DNA of 64,000 bases from Zygnema circumcarinatum SAG 698-1b (Eukaryota; Plantae; Zygnematophyceae): NCBI GenBank assembly GCA_037447605.1, contig CM074819.1, positions 2,006,297 to 2,070,296 on the forward strand. Direction: 5' to 3'. How positions within the stretch are numbered: position 1 is the stretch's first letter; the number at the start of each line of letters is the position of its first letter. Shown here piece by piece: positions 40,585 through 54,406 of this stretch. The translations under genes and the position numbers were made by a program. Under the pieces are notes generated by a model. That model was not told the origin of the DNA. It saw only the letters and a program-made list of their open reading frames with translations, and did no database searches.

Positions 40585-41172
40585 CTACAAAGCTTGTAGA
40601 TTTTTTTCCTGTCTGTCGGTGCTTAGCCAATGGCTGACCAGGAACGAGTCAACAACAATCTGCAGACATAGCGAAAGCTTCACAACAGAGTCACGCATGG
40701 AACAGGTGGTGATGGCAGAGACATGATGGGACCAATTACAAGCTCCAAAAACGTCCAAAACTTTAAAATCGTTTACGCCCCCAACACCAGTCCCAAACAG
40801 TCCCTTCAAAAGCACTTCACATGCATACACATGCACATGCACATGCACATGCACATGCACATGCACATGCACATGCACATGCATAGACAGCCTATGATGG
40901 TACCTGCGCGAGGTGGGTGGCGATGCACGGCAGAAGCAGGAGGGCGGGCTCGCCCAGCACTCCTCCCAACCGCTCCGCCACCACTACCGCCACAGGGAGC
41001 GTTTTCTGCGCACACATGGAGACATCCAGTTCCAGTTTCAGTCTCAGTCTCAGTCTCAGTTCCAGGTTCGATTCCAGGCACGAAATTGTTCCAGTTTCCC
41101 TGGGAAAAGGGAGGGGGGAAGCCCAAAAGCACAAGCTGTTGTGAAGGAGATTGGGGAGAAAGTGTCGAGTGA

Positions 41173-41213
<41 letters not shown>

Positions 41214-41981
41214 CGAGAACGAGGGGAGAGAGAGAGAGGGAGAGAGAGAGAACGGGAAAAGGGAAAGAGTGGGAGAGAAAGAGAGAGAAGGAAAAGATAG
41301 CTACAAGTGAAAACCTAGTTGGGGATATCAAGGGCTCCTAGGGTTTTAGGGCACACCTGGCTGGCTACGAGCACCACCGCTCTCTCCACCTCTTTTCCGT
41401 ACGCTCCGGTGAAGTCAGTGGAGAGGAGCGCCTTCATGGCGAGGGAGTTGCCTATCAAATAGAGGATGTGCAGGACTCTGTAGGAGGGAGGGGGAGAGGG
41501 GGAGAGGGGGAGAGGGGGAGAGGGGAGGTAGAGAGAGAGCGATGGGGGGAACAGATAGAAAGGACCGGAGGGAGGGAGAGGGGGCAGGAAGGGTGGAATG
41601 GAGGGAGAGAGGGAGGGAACGAGGGAGGGTGGGAAGTTGGGGGGGGAGAGAGAGGGCGATGGAGAGAGCGAGAGGGGTGGGGGGGAAGAGAGAGAAGTGG
41701 GCCAGAAGGGAAAAATATCGGGTTGAAGAAAGGGAGAGGCGACATAAGGTGAGTGCAGGCAGGGGCTTGTTAAGCGAAAGGAGGCTTGAGACGAGAAGAG
41801 CAATAGTTAGCGAGAGAGGAAGAGAGAGATAGTAGGGGAACAGGAGAGAGAGCGGGAAGAGGAGTGGGCAGAGGCAAACAGGGAGAAAATGAGTTGAACA
41901 GAGACACAAAGAGATAGAGAGAGAGAGTGAGCGCGCGCGCGCGTGCGAGAGAGAGAGAGAGAGAGAGAAATAGAGAGAGTC

Positions 41982-42049
<68 letters not shown>

Positions 42050-45000
42050 GTACAGTCCAGCCAGTGCTGCAGCAGCCAATTGAGAGGGGCATATTTGAGC
42101 AAAAGAAGCATGCGATGAACTCACAAGCATCCAGGGAACCTGCCCGCTCTCACAGGAAGAAAAAAACAAAAATCGAAAAAAAAATCATTTTTGGCCCCGA
42201 AAAACCATAGCTCCCCCATATGGGTTCCAACAGAATGTATATATTCAGAAAACCGAAATACAGAAGATGTTTTCGGCTGAAAAGAAGGGCTGCCGGACAT
42301 GCTTGTAAAAAGAGGGGAGGAACGAGACAAGGAGAGAGAGAGGGAGAAAGAGGAAGAGAGAGAGAGAGGGAGAAAGAGGGAGAGAGAGAGAGGGAGAAAG
42401 AGGGAGAGAGAGAGGGAGGGAGAAAGAGGGAGAGAGAGAGAGAGAGAGGGAGAAAGAAGGAGAGAGAGAGAGAGGGAGAGAGAGAGAGGGAGAAAGAGGG
42501 AGAGAGAGAGAGAGGGAGAAAGAGGGACAGAGAGAGAGAAGGAGAAAGAGGAAGTGAGAGAGTGGGGGAGAAAGAGGGAGAGAGAGAGAGAGGGAGAGAA
42601 AAGTGTACCAAACTGAGCTGGGCGCTGGAGAGCATCGAAAGCTCCTTTTTATGTTTGTCAACCCACTGAGCAACGCCTGCATGGAGACAGTCATTGTACG
42701 GAAAAATACGCTAAAATTCTCAAGGCTTTCAGAATACGAAAAAGGGTTTTCACTTTTGATTAAGAATGCCACTTTTGTTGAATGAGGAGAGATATGACCG
42801 GATGTGGAAATATGTTGAGGGCTCTGAATGGTGCTTTTTCATAACCCTAAAAAGTGGTGTTTCAGGGCTAAAAAATCTGAAATGGCTGAAACCCTAAAAA
42901 CTCTAAAAACCCCTAAAAACCTCGAAACTCAAAAAACCCTACAAACCCTAAAAACCCTACAAACCCTAAAGCCATAAAACTCAAAAACCAGAAATTCAGA
43001 GAGCTCACCTGGCACGAAGTTCCTAACGCTCTGCTTTTCAAAAAAAAACGAAAGAAAGAACTTGAGGTCAGTTTGAGGCCAGATTTCAGTCTCCCAAAAC
43101 CGACCCAATAAGAAAAAGGGGAAATCGAACAATGCTGATTCCTTCATATATCGGAAATTTAAAACATGAAAAATACTTCTCTAAAACCCCCCAATCTCGT
43201 AAGCCCTTAAACACGAAGCCCGCAAGATCTCACCAATCCTTAAACCCCTACCAACCCTAGAACCCTAGACCCGAACCCTAAAAACGCTTAAAACCCTAAG
43301 ACCCTAACCTTGAAAACCCTAATAAACCTAAAACCCTAGACCCTAACCCTGAAAAAACCCTCCTAACCCTGAAACCCTAAACCCTAAAACCCGAAATCCT
43401 AAAACCCTAAAACCCTAAACCCTTAAACCCTAAAACCCTTAACCCTACAACACTAAAACCCTAAAACCCTAAGACCCTAAAACCCTCAAACCCTCAAACC
43501 CTAAACCCTAAACCATAAAACCCTAAACCCTAAAACCCTAAACCCTAAAACCCTAAACCCTAGGAGGAGGCAAGTCTCGGTCTGACTGACCGCGCCAATG
43601 AGGAGCGGAAGCAGGAGAGTTCGCATTAGGGTGTGCACGAGCGGTCCGGCGGGCAGCGAAATTCCTCTCCCTCGACTGACTAAAGCGGAGAGGAGGAAAG
43701 GCATCTGCATGTGAACCCTGCGCTTGCTGGTTAGTCAGTTTTAGTCAGTCAGTCAGTCAGCTCATGTGCAATGAGTTTTACTGTGTATGCTTAACAGGGT
43801 TTTGTAAGCCTTGGAGGGTTTTGGGGTTATTAGGGATTTCAGGGTTTTCAGGGTCAGGGTTTAGGGTCTTAGGATTATTAAGGTTTTTAGGGTTTTCAGA
43901 GTTTTTAGGATTTGGGTTTGTTAAGGTTTCAAGGTTTTACGGTTTTTTTTTGGGTTGTTCGTGTCTTTAAGGTTTTTTAAGGCTCCAAGATTTTGGGGTT
44001 TTAGGGTTTGATTGGTTTTAGGGTTTTAGGGTTTACCGTCGCAATTCCCGCAAGGTTGGAAATAACGGTGAGACCGAGCGCTAACGCTGTGTTGGCTCCC
44101 ACGGCCTAAAAAAAAAAGGTAAAAAGAAAAAAAATAGCAATAATAATTAAGAGTCAAAAATAAACTTCCAATAACATTTTAAACTTTTACACATTCAAAA
44201 TTCAGGAGAAAACATTCACACGAACAATCCAAAAGTCTGGGGTGTTCACACCCCTCTGCATGAAACCCTACAACCGCAAAAAACTCCGAATCTGTACACC
44301 TTAACATATGGTAAAATGGGCTTTTAGGGTTTTTAGGGTTTTTAGGGCTCGTAGGGTTGGAGGGTTTTAGGTTTTGGAATGCCCTTGACACGTGGCAACT
44401 ACAAGCAAACCGTAATTTCTGAATTTGAGAGTGAAGATAAGCCCAGTTTTGATAGCCACCTGAGTGAGAGACACTCCACTGGAGAGGGTGGTGGGCATGC
44501 AGCAAAACACAGCCAGACCTGCAAGAGAGAGAGATAGAGATAGAGTGAGAGAGAGAGATGGAGAGAGATATATGGAGAGAGAGAGGCGAGAGTGAGAGAG
44601 GAAGAGCGATAGAGGGGGGAGAGAGAGAGATTGTTTTAGTGAGAGATGGAGAGAGGCGAGCGCGAGAGAGAGAGGGGGAGAGTGATAGAGGGAGAGGGGG
44701 ACAGAGATTGTTTGCATAAGAGATGGAGAGAGAGAGAACACACCAGATGCAAATTCACGAGGAGAAAATGGAAGCTTTAATGCGATAAGAGCCGCAAAAG
44801 GAGTAATTCCAAGAATGGAAATCTGTGAGAAAGAAAAATAAAAAAAAAAACAAAAGAATAGGGATAAGACGATGAGCAACTGCTAAAAAGGAAAGATGCA
44901 TCGAAAAGTTTGCAAATAGCAAAGACCAGATTAAAGGCTCAAAACCATAAAGCCCTAAGCCTCAATACGACAAAAACACTGACCCTAAACCCCTAATGTC

Positions 45001-46563
45001 AAAACATTAATCCAAAAACCCTAAAAACCTATAGCCCTAAACCCTAAAACCTTTCAATCTCTAACCCTAAAACCCTAAAATACTTCAAATTTACCCTTGA
45101 AATACTACACCCTAAAACCCCAAATCCTAAAGCCTTCAAAGCCCAAAACCCTAAACCCTAGGATCCAACCTTAGAATCCAAAACCCTAAACCTCTAAAAC
45201 CCTTTGAGCTTAAAAACCTAAAACCCTACGAACCTCAAACCCTAGACCCTACGTTCTCAACCACCCAAAACCTTAAACCTTACAGAAGTCAATACCCTAA
45301 TAGCGATAAGGAGCTAAACTTTGAGTCCATTTCTGACTTTGTTGGAGATAATCTTTTAACCAATTTTTTAGATTCAGAATGCAATTGTTACCATGTTTGT
45401 ATTTTGACCCCTTGAAGAAGTCAAACCCTAATTTTGACCCTCACCAGGCCGAGCAGGAGGGCGGGCCAGGCTTGAGCTGCCATCTTCACATCCCCCCCTT
45501 TGAGGGCGAGCCCTGCCTACCCCCCTCCCTCCCTCCCTCCCTCTCACATTCGGTTTTGAAGTAAGGGTGGGAGAGGAGGGGAGGAGGAAGGGTGGGAGAG
45601 GAGAAGAGGAAACATCAAGTAACCCTAGGTTTTTTCATATATTGCGCTCCAACCCCTCTCTCTCTCTGTCTCACTCTTTCCCGACTCTTCCCTTTCTCTC
45701 TCTCTCTCTGTCGCTCTCTCTCTCTCTTTCGCTCCTCCCCACTCCTACCGCTTATGATGCTTAACTCGACCTCTCATTATCACCCTCTCTCGCTGCCCCA
45801 CCCTCTTTATCTCTCTCTCTCTCTCTCTCCCCCTCTCTCTTCCCCTCTCCTCCTTCCCTCCCTCTCCGTATCCCATCCTTCCTCTCCATACCCCACTTCT
45901 CTCCTTTCCCCTCTCCCACTCTCTCTCCCTTTCCCCCTCTCTCTCTTTCTCCCCCTCTGTCTCTCGCAAAGAAACACGGAATTTCCCAATGTCAGCTGTA
46001 TGGAGTTCAAGAGAACCAAATTCAACGTATTCAGATTCTGGTTTACCAGAAATAAAGAAAATTCCGAAAGTTGTAAATCGGGAAAGAGCCAGACGATGCG
46101 CCACGTGGCCGGGTTCCGGCCAATAGTAGCCTGCCACGACTCCTGTAATCAGGGCTGCAAAAATCCCCATATTGGAAATTTTGCTGTGAGCAGAGGGCCT
46201 GATATGATGAAGACTGTATATAACGTCATTGCTCAAAAAAGCTTCTACCCACATTTAAAGCCTTAAGAATATCTTGAAACATACTCTGAGTAGTTGGTAA
46301 CATCAAGGCCTCAAAACTCATCAAACATGTCTGTTGTATAGAGAGTCCCCAAAAGCCCAAAAACCCTAAAAACCCTAAAAACCCTAGAAACCCTAAAGAC
46401 ATGATACCGGAAGTTATAAGGACCTTGATACTTTTCCTTCTTCAAGTTTATGATAGAGCGTGGGGGCCTCACCAAGAGGCAGAAACTGATCGGAGGCTGC
46501 TTGAAGGCAGGCCTTCACTGCTCCGTTTATGGCAGCAGTCCGCCTTCCGCCATCCTTCACCAT
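40585..46563 (-). CDS. BASS4: BASS4-like sodium/metabolite cotransporter (SBF/SLC10A7-like family); N-terminus uncertain
   Basis: Exons 46563-46473, 46154-46047, 45512-45445, 44822-44744, 44518-44460, 44105-44037, 43704-43591, 43033-43009, 42676-42609, 42139-42054, 41477-41357, 41005-40904 and 40659-40585. Motifs: SDQFLPLAL, FGIFFISGL, CCMPTTLSSGV, ASQKTLPV, PCIATHLAQIVVDSFLV. Transit-peptide exons may extend to ~47555. Confidence 0.9.
42890..43560. repeat. Degenerate (AAACCCT)n telomere-like arrays in BASS4 introns
   Basis: Dense CCCTAAA/CCCTAAAA units. Similar arrays lie at 43790-44035 (opposite strand) and 44940-45290. Confidence 0.9.
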
Positions 46564-46859
46564 GCAGAGCCGGAGACAGTAATACTGTCATGCTTTTGCT
46601 AATTCGTTTGAATATTGAATAGTCATGTCGAAATGTATCAGGACAAAAGTATAGACAATGCATACAATTATGTTCTGAGGATGATAATTTCATGCACATT
46701 CTGAGGATTATTACAGTCAGAAGCAGGTTGACAGTGTGCTCGCGCATGCAAAAATGGGAGTCTCTTATCAGCATGTATGAAGCCTTCAGGGAAGATTAGG
46801 GTCTTAGGAATTTGCGGAGGAGAATTACAGTGATCAGAACATGAAATTGGTGATAAGGA

Positions 46860-46861
46860 TG

Positions 46862-46933
<72 letters not shown>

Positions 46934-47025
46934 CGATGATGATGATGATGGTGATGTGATGTGATGTGATGTGATGTGATGTGATGTGATGTGATGTGAT
47001 GTGATGTGATGTGATGTGATGTGAC
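46860..47025. repeat. Compound microsatellite (GAT)n followed by (GTGAT)n
   Basis: Read directly from the sequence. Confidence 0.97.
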
Positions 47026-48123
47026 GTGATGTGGCAGTACCTTGCTGGCAGCAGCTTCTAAAGAGCTTGCTATCTCTTTTCTGCCTCCTTTTGCTTCCTT
47101 TTGCGTCGTCCTGCACCTCCCTGCATGCGATCAGAACGCCGCATTTATCCCTTCAGGATTTAGGGTTTCAAGTTTTGAGTTTAGGCCTCAGGGTTTTAGG
47201 TTTAGGGGTTTTGGGAGCTTCGCGAATAGGCATCTCTTTTTACACGCCACGGACATTGTGACTTTTCTTGCTGGCGATCGTTGCATTCACGAGCTTGTAC
47301 CAGAAAAAAAATTAAACTTTTTACCATTTTTGTGCTTGAAACCGACGCCCAGAAAGGCGGAAACACATATTCTTTGCTGCTCTGTGAAGCGCGCGGACAT
47401 GTTCGATCTAAACTGAGCATGGAACCGCATATTTTGCTTCTGCAGAGACGCTCTTCCAGGCTTCCCCTGCGCCTGCAAGGGCTGGGAACATCCAGCAGGC
47501 AGTGCAGGGGCAGGAGGGAAGCAGGAGAGAGGGACATGGACATGCATCTTGTCAATATTAGGGTTTGCAGAACCTAATGTTCAAGAAAATAAAAAAAAGG
47601 GAAAATGCAGACTAAGAGATTTGTAGATAGATGCCCTTGGGATGTGCAGGATTAGGGTTTAAAGAAAAAATAGGTCAAAGCATGGCATGATGATTATGAT
47701 ATGATGATGAGGGAGAGGGAGAGTGGACCATGCAGGCATGCCATGGCATCGTGAAAGGGACTACAAATCAGAATGAGTACAGCTCTAGTCATTTCACTGA
47801 CTAAGAATGAGTAGCTGTGGTGACCAGAACCTGCAACTTGGCTGACTAGAGGCAGCCAATGGGGACTCACCACGCGTACGAGGCGCCACGTGGCGAGCCC
47901 CCATTGGTGTATGAGTGGACAGACATGAGACCGTACGAACGTACGGAGACTTGTGGCATGGAGTCATGCCATGCCATCCCATGCCATTCCATGCAGAAAT
48001 ACGAGGGGGGGATGCCATGCCATGCCATGTCATGCATGCAGAAGTACGAGGGAGGGATGCGGCATATACCTCACACTGGTGATGCCATCACAAGTATATG
48101 GACAAAGTCATCACGGGGAACCA

Positions 48124-49709
48124 CGACAAACTGGAACTGAACTGGAAACTGGAAGTGAATGCAGAAATGCATTCAATGCCCGACACGTGGCACTTGGCAG
48201 ATGGAACGCAAACGACAAGGTAACGTACGGACACGACGCCGTGCAAAGTTTCGCGTCGTTTTGTGGTTCTGACTCCAATCCGTACGGTTGTGTACGAACA
48301 AGGAGGCTCCGGACATTCAGGAGGAGAGCCCGGAGCCCTGGACCTGACAGCGATGCAACCGTACAAATTTACCGTACATGTAATGTGCACAATACGACAA
48401 ATGTTGCGCCCAGTTCCTCGTGGTTCTCCATGCTGATGTTGTCCGTGTACATCGTGACAAAAAAACCAATGTCGCCGACAAAAGATGGATGGATGAATGA
48501 AGGATGAATGTCAGTGGTCGGAAAAGCAACCAATGAGAGGGGCCGCGGCCGCCCTTTCAGTAAGTCAACGGACCTCCGCTTGGTCGGTCGGACTTTTTTG
48601 GCGCCTTCGTGATTGCCAAGGCAGGAGGGGGGGCGCCCGCGGCCCGGTCCTTCAGAGGGCTGCCGATCTATGTGCCAGTTAACCGTGAAATTCAACGACA
48701 AAACTGGTGATAAAAACGGAACAGAGTTCGAACTTCCAGTAGAACTGCGAGAAAATCTTTCGTGAATCTTAAAACAGAAAAAGTACTTTGAGGTCTCAAA
48801 AATTGCGAGTAAGAATACTTAATTCAGAAAATGACTCGAAGTGACTGGAGAAAAATATCTCGTTCTATGCTGTCAGGTCTGATATTTGTAACTGCGAGCA
48901 TGGAACGTGAAAGAATCCGCTGGAGATTGCGCATATTGCGGCACCGCATTTGGCCAACCGTACGACCACCAGCTGGCAGGCGGTGGGGAATCGACGGTGG
49001 AAAAATCGGCCGGATATTAAATAATCGGGCGGACCAAATTCGACATTGCCGCCCTTGACCACATTTTTTGTCGATATCAAATCGCAAAAACCAATAATCT
49101 GCTGACAGCGCATCCACAAAAGATCGTGTTTTGTCATTTCCTTCCAGATCACCCTGCTTCAGATAAACCTAGATATTTCCTTGCTGGCAGCCTCCGAGCG
49201 GCAGCTTTTGGCCCTTTCGGCCGCAGATTCTTAAACATTTGTCGTTATGGAAGATCTCAAAGTGTCGTACACATGAACGACAAATTGTATCAGATTTGAA
49301 ATATCCGATCTTCCACACTTCAGTTAAGCCCGTCCCAGAAAAAGCCAAAATAGTATCCCGATACTCTCCGCGGCTCCACAAAATCTTGACGGAATCTTTC
49401 TGAGGCCAGATCCTCACGAGCGTTTCCACTAAACGACACATTATTTGACGTCATATAGTCCCAGGCATCGTCATTTCTTTTGTACAAACATTTGTCGTAT
49501 GGGACCACCGACTGACCGCGGCGTCACCGACTCCCCGAGCCGTCCAGGCGGCGGCTTGCCAGATCAGCGCCACATCGACAAAAGTTGACACGTGGCGTTC
49601 TTCGATTGGTCATTCTTGAAAATTCCAGGTCGGCTCTGCAGGAGGGTCCAGAGGCCGCCGTCAAAAAACTGTACGGTTTCGAACATTAAGCGACGGCAGG
49701 CTTTTGTCG
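48124..49709. repeat. Dispersed CGACAAA motif cluster in both orientations
   Basis: Exact copies at 48124, 48395, 48476, 48696, 49278 and 49576 (plus) and 49067, 49238, 49491 and 49703 (minus). Confidence 0.7.
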
Positions 49710-50033
49710 TTTTGCACTCGCACTTCGCCGCCCCCTTCCCCCCTCCCCCCCAAAAGCCCGATTCTGCACGTGCGAAATCCGATTTCGCTCGTGCGAGCGC
49801 GGCCTTTCGGAGGCAATGGCGGCGCTTTAGCGTGCTTTGCTGAAGGGAGTGAAAGGAGGGGAGGAGGGGGCGTGAAGGAGGGGGAGTGGGAGAAGAGGGA
49901 GGAGGCAGGGAGAGAGGGAGAGGGAGAGGGAGAGAGGGAGAGAGGGAGAGAGGGAGAGAGGGAGAGAGGGAGAGAGGGAGAGAGGGAGAGAGAGAGAGGG
50001 AGAGGGAGAGGGGGAGAGGGAGGAGGGGGAGAC

Positions 50034-50908
50034 ATGGAGGGAGAGGATGTGGCGGTAGGTGGCAAATGGGAGGACGGAGGGGCTGACACGTGGGACATGG
50101 CGGCCGTGTGGGAGGACGTGCTTCGAGGCGATGGAGGCGGAGAGGGGGGGCAGAGGCTGCCGCTGCTCAAGGTGGGGGGAGGGAGGGAGGGAGGGGGGTA
50201 GGGGGAAGGGAGGGAGGGAAGAGAGGGAGGAAGGGAGGGAGGACGGGAGAGAGGGAGAAAGAAAGGGGGAAGGGGGAGGGAGGGATGAGAGGAGGATGAG
50301 ATAAGGAGGGAGGGAGAAGGAAAGGAGGGGGGATGGGAGGGAGGAAGGGGTGGAGGGGTAGGGGGGGGAAGGGAGTGAGAAATGAGGGGGAGAGGGGAGT
50401 AGGAATGCAGGGTGGGAGTGGGAGGGAGGAAAGGGAGAATGGGGTTGGGAGAAGGGAGGAGGGGAGGGATAAAGGAGGGAAGGGGGGCGAGAGTGGGAGG
50501 GGGAGGGAAGGAGGGAGCGAAGGAGGAGGAATGCAGGAGAAAGGAGGGGGGGAGTGAGAGCGGAAGAGGGAGAGTGGGAGGGTGAAAGGGAGGGGGAGGG
50601 GGGGGAGATGAGGGGTGGAGGGAAGAGGGAGGCAGGGAGAAGGAAATCAGGGAAGCAGAAAAAGGGACCGAGGGGTAAATCGGGAGGAGGGAGGGAAGGA
50701 AGAGGAGGTGGGGGAGAGGGAGAGAAGGGGATGAGGAGGTAGAGAGTGAAGCGGTATCTTGAGGGGCGGAAAGGAGAGTGAGGAGAGGAGGATAGACGTT
50801 CTCGTCTAGAATGTTGGGGTAAAATGTTAAAGTTTGAGTAAAAGCGAAGGTCATTCAGAAAGAAGTCTGAGTTGAATTGTGGGAAAAGGTGAATTGGAGT
50901 GTGTCATT

Positions 50909-50960
<52 letters not shown>

Positions 50961-52555
50961 CGTTGCTCAGGCGTCTGTCTTGTTTCCTGTGGACGACTCA
51001 CTCTCGCAGACTGCGCCCTCTCTTGCCCCCCTCCTCCCCATTCCTCCACTGCCTTCTCCTCCCCCCTCTCTCTCCTCACCCCACTCGTTCCATCTCTCCT
51101 TCTCCCCTTCTCCCTCGCCCTCTCCCTCCTCTCTCTCCCCCTCCCCGTCTCCCTCTCTCCCCCTCTCTCTCCCCTCTCTCCTTGCCTCTCTGTCTTCTCT
51201 CCTTCTTTCCCTCTCTCCCTCTCCCCCTCTCCCTCTCTCTCAACCCTCTCTCCCTGCCTCTCTGTCTTCTCTTCTTCTTTCCCTCTCTCCCTCTCCCCCT
51301 CTTCCCCTCTCCCTCCCCTCTGTCCCCCTCTCCGTCTCCCTCTCTCCCCCTCTCGTCTCCCCTCTCCCTGTCTCTCTGTCTCCTCTCCTTCTCTCCATTT
51401 CTGCCTCTCCCCCTCTCCCCATCTCTCTCTCTCCCACTCCCCTCCCACTCACCTACCACCATCCCCCTTCCCTTGCAGGATTCCTTCCAGCCAGAAGACG
51501 ACAAAAATCTCATGCTCCCGGAAACCCCAACGCCCAAATCCTCCTCTTCAGAAAGTAGCCAAGTTTCAGGAGTCTGCCAGTCACTCTTTATAAAGTCACA
51601 TTCTTTCCCTTCCTTGACTTTAGAGCGAGTCGAAGGAGGAAGGTCCGATGGGGCCCAAATATCTCCGATTGAAAATGAAAGAAATTTCGATTCTGGGTCC
51701 CCCAAAGGGCTGCCCGAAAACCCGAAAATTTCGCCGACCGGTGGTGGATCCAAAAATAGCAAAGCCTCTACGACGAGGGTTTCTTTATCGACTCGAAAAT
51801 TTTCGGCTCCAAAAATGTGTCGGTGGGCGAAATCGATCATTGCGGGGACGGATTCGAAGGGGGGGGCAGCCGAAGGGGCAGCGAAAAAAAAAGGAGGATA
51901 TGGTAGGTCGGTAATGTCGAGAGGAGTGGGCCCAAATTTGGAAATACTTTCGAATCTTGCGAAGCTGCAGGAGGGGGTGGTGGGGCCCACAATGGAAAAT
52001 AGTCTTCCGATTAACCTCGATGTGCTTTTAGCGGCTGCAAATTTACCATCATTTAAGGTGAGGAGGTGTGTGAGCGAAGGGGGGTGGTGGGGAGGGGAGG
52101 GGAGGGGAGAGGGAGAGGGAGTGGGGAGAGAAGAGAGGAAGAGGGCGGAGAGAGGGGAGGGAAATGGAGGCGTGAAGTGGCTGTTGGGGTGGAGGATGGG
52201 AGAGGGGAGAGGGAGGAACGGAGGAAGGAGAGAGTTGGGAGGGAGGGAGGGCGGGAGGGAGGGCGGGAGGGAGGGAGAGAGGTAGGGAGGGAGGTGTGTG
52301 GAAGGGGGGAGGCGCAGGGAGGAGAGGCGCGATGGTTTGGAAGGAGAGAGAAGAGAGAGCGGAAAGTGAGAGGATCGGATCGAGGAGAGGGAGGGAGGGG
52401 GGGGGAGGGAGAGAGTGCGTTTGAGACGGATCTGGACCGTAGCAATCTCAATTGGTAGATTTTTAAGGGAGCAAGCGAGTGGGTGGGAGAGGGATCAGAT
52501 CGAGGGAGAGAGGGGGAGGAGGGAGAAGCAAGGGTGGGAGAGGTAGGTGTGGAGA

Positions 52556-52592
<37 letters not shown>

Positions 52593-53911
52593 GGGTCACT
52601 GAGGGAAGCGAAGCAAATATAGGGAGAGGAGGACAAATCCATGGCTTAGACTTCAAGTCCTCTTTGAAAACCACGTTTCGTTTCGCCCGAAAGCAGAGCT
52701 CTAACAAATTTCTTTTATGCTCCCTTTTTTTTTGGCAGGAAACTTTTCCATCAAGGTTGGAGACCTGCGCAAAAAATTTAACGACCGGAGGAGGATTTAA
52801 TTTTCCCTCGGCTCCGAATTTCAGCACTTTGGGAGCTGCTGCTCCTTCTCCTATCACCAGCCAACCAATGAGCAGTTGCCACCTGTCCCCCTCCTTCCCT
52901 CCCTTCTCCGTTGCCCCTCACGGAACTGCCACAAAGAGACCCCCCCCCCTCAACCCCAATATTGGGCTTCCGGAAGAACCCTCAATTTCTGGACGAGATT
53001 TTCAATTTTCAAACCTTGTTCGAACAACATCGTCCCCTGTGCCCTTACCCGCTGCAAAAAGGCAAAGGCTACAACGGTTTTTATCGGCCCCAAGTGCGCT
53101 AAACCCCTCCGAAAATTCCAACATTTACAGTTTTCCGTCACAGTTAGAGGCAGCGTCGCAACTGAACTGTAACGGGAAAGCCCTAATTTCCGCAATGTGG
53201 GAGCTTTTTCCGCCTTCCGGATTCGACTCCTCGGAAATTTTTTCACGGCCCCAATTTGAAAATTTTCCCACCGTGAATTCCTTCACTCCCTCTTTGGCCC
53301 CTTTCAGCTCGCTCTCTGCTGGACCGACTTTGACACAGTGTGACGTCACTCCCTCTTTGGCCCCTTTCGGCTCGCTCTCTGCTGGGCCGACTTTGACTCA
53401 GTGTGACGTGACAGAGTCAAGAAATTCACTGAGGCAAGACGAGTTTTTTGGGGGCGAGTCAAATCCGGGCAGCCGAGTCGGAAATTTGGCGACTGTGGAG
53501 GAGGAGCAGCACGGAGGGGCAGAAAAAATTGCGGAAAATTTTGGGATGCCGAAATTTAGCGCTTTCGGGCAGCCGGAGAAATTTGGGGTTGAAAGGAACC
53601 CATCATCTGGGTCGAATTCTTTATTGGATTATTTGGGGTTTAAATGGCCCAATATTGGAAAATCTTCGGTGGGTTTTTTGGGGAAGCAGCAAAATTTGAC
53701 TACGGAGGGCAGCCATGGCCTCAGGGGGTGGGAAAGTGCCGGAGAAACTGGAACTGTAACTGGAACTGGAATTGAAACTGAAACTGAAACTGCTACGGAG
53801 ACAAAGAACGGGGGTCTCGAGGGGAGGAGTCTAGAAGAGAGCAATTTAGGAGACTTGTATTTGCGGACATGGAATGCAATGCATGGTGATAAGCAGAGCA
53901 GTTTGCTTTAG
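50034..53911 (+). CDS. Hypothetical Ser/Pro/Gly-rich, probably disordered protein (~629 aa)
   Basis: Phase-0-consistent GT-AG model 50034-50171, 51479-52057 and 52739-53911. The last two exons are long, stop-free and not simple repeat. No domain was recognised, and exon 1 is tentative. Confidence 0.6.
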
Positions 53912-54334
53912 GGTTCAGGGTATTGGAGGGTTTAAATTTTAGGGGTTTTAGGGTTTCCTTGTGGGGGGGTGGGGGGAGGTGAAAGGGCTTACCATTTTTT
54001 TTTTGAGGTAAGAGGAGATGTATGCTATGAGTTGAACTGTACAGTAGAGATTGTAACTGCAACTGAACGGCGACACATAGAACGGGGCACGTGTATAGGG
54101 AACAGTTGGGTTGCCCTGTCTGCTTCGGCGGACAAAAATTTTGAAGAACTTTTTAGTTCTGAGGTTGCCTTTGAGATTATAATTATGGGGAGATGGGGGG
54201 GGGGGAAGGAAGGTGCGTAGAAACTTCTTCCCTTTAATGGCTCGTAGGGAGAATGGCTGCTGCTGTAAGAAGTCATTTACGAAAGGAGAGAGTGAGAGAG
54301 AGGGAAGAGGGGAGCGAGGGATGGAGAGAGAGAG

Positions 54335-54349
<15 letters not shown>

Positions 54350-54406
<57 letters not shown>

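Noticed and set aside
48824-49508. Possible transposase or zinc-finger remnant in short minus-strand ORFs
   Set aside because: No motif could be named with confidence. The repeated CGACAAA motif suggests non-coding element DNA.
53969-54276. Short ORFs downstream of the orphan gene
   Set aside because: No homology recognised; the position fits a 3' UTR.
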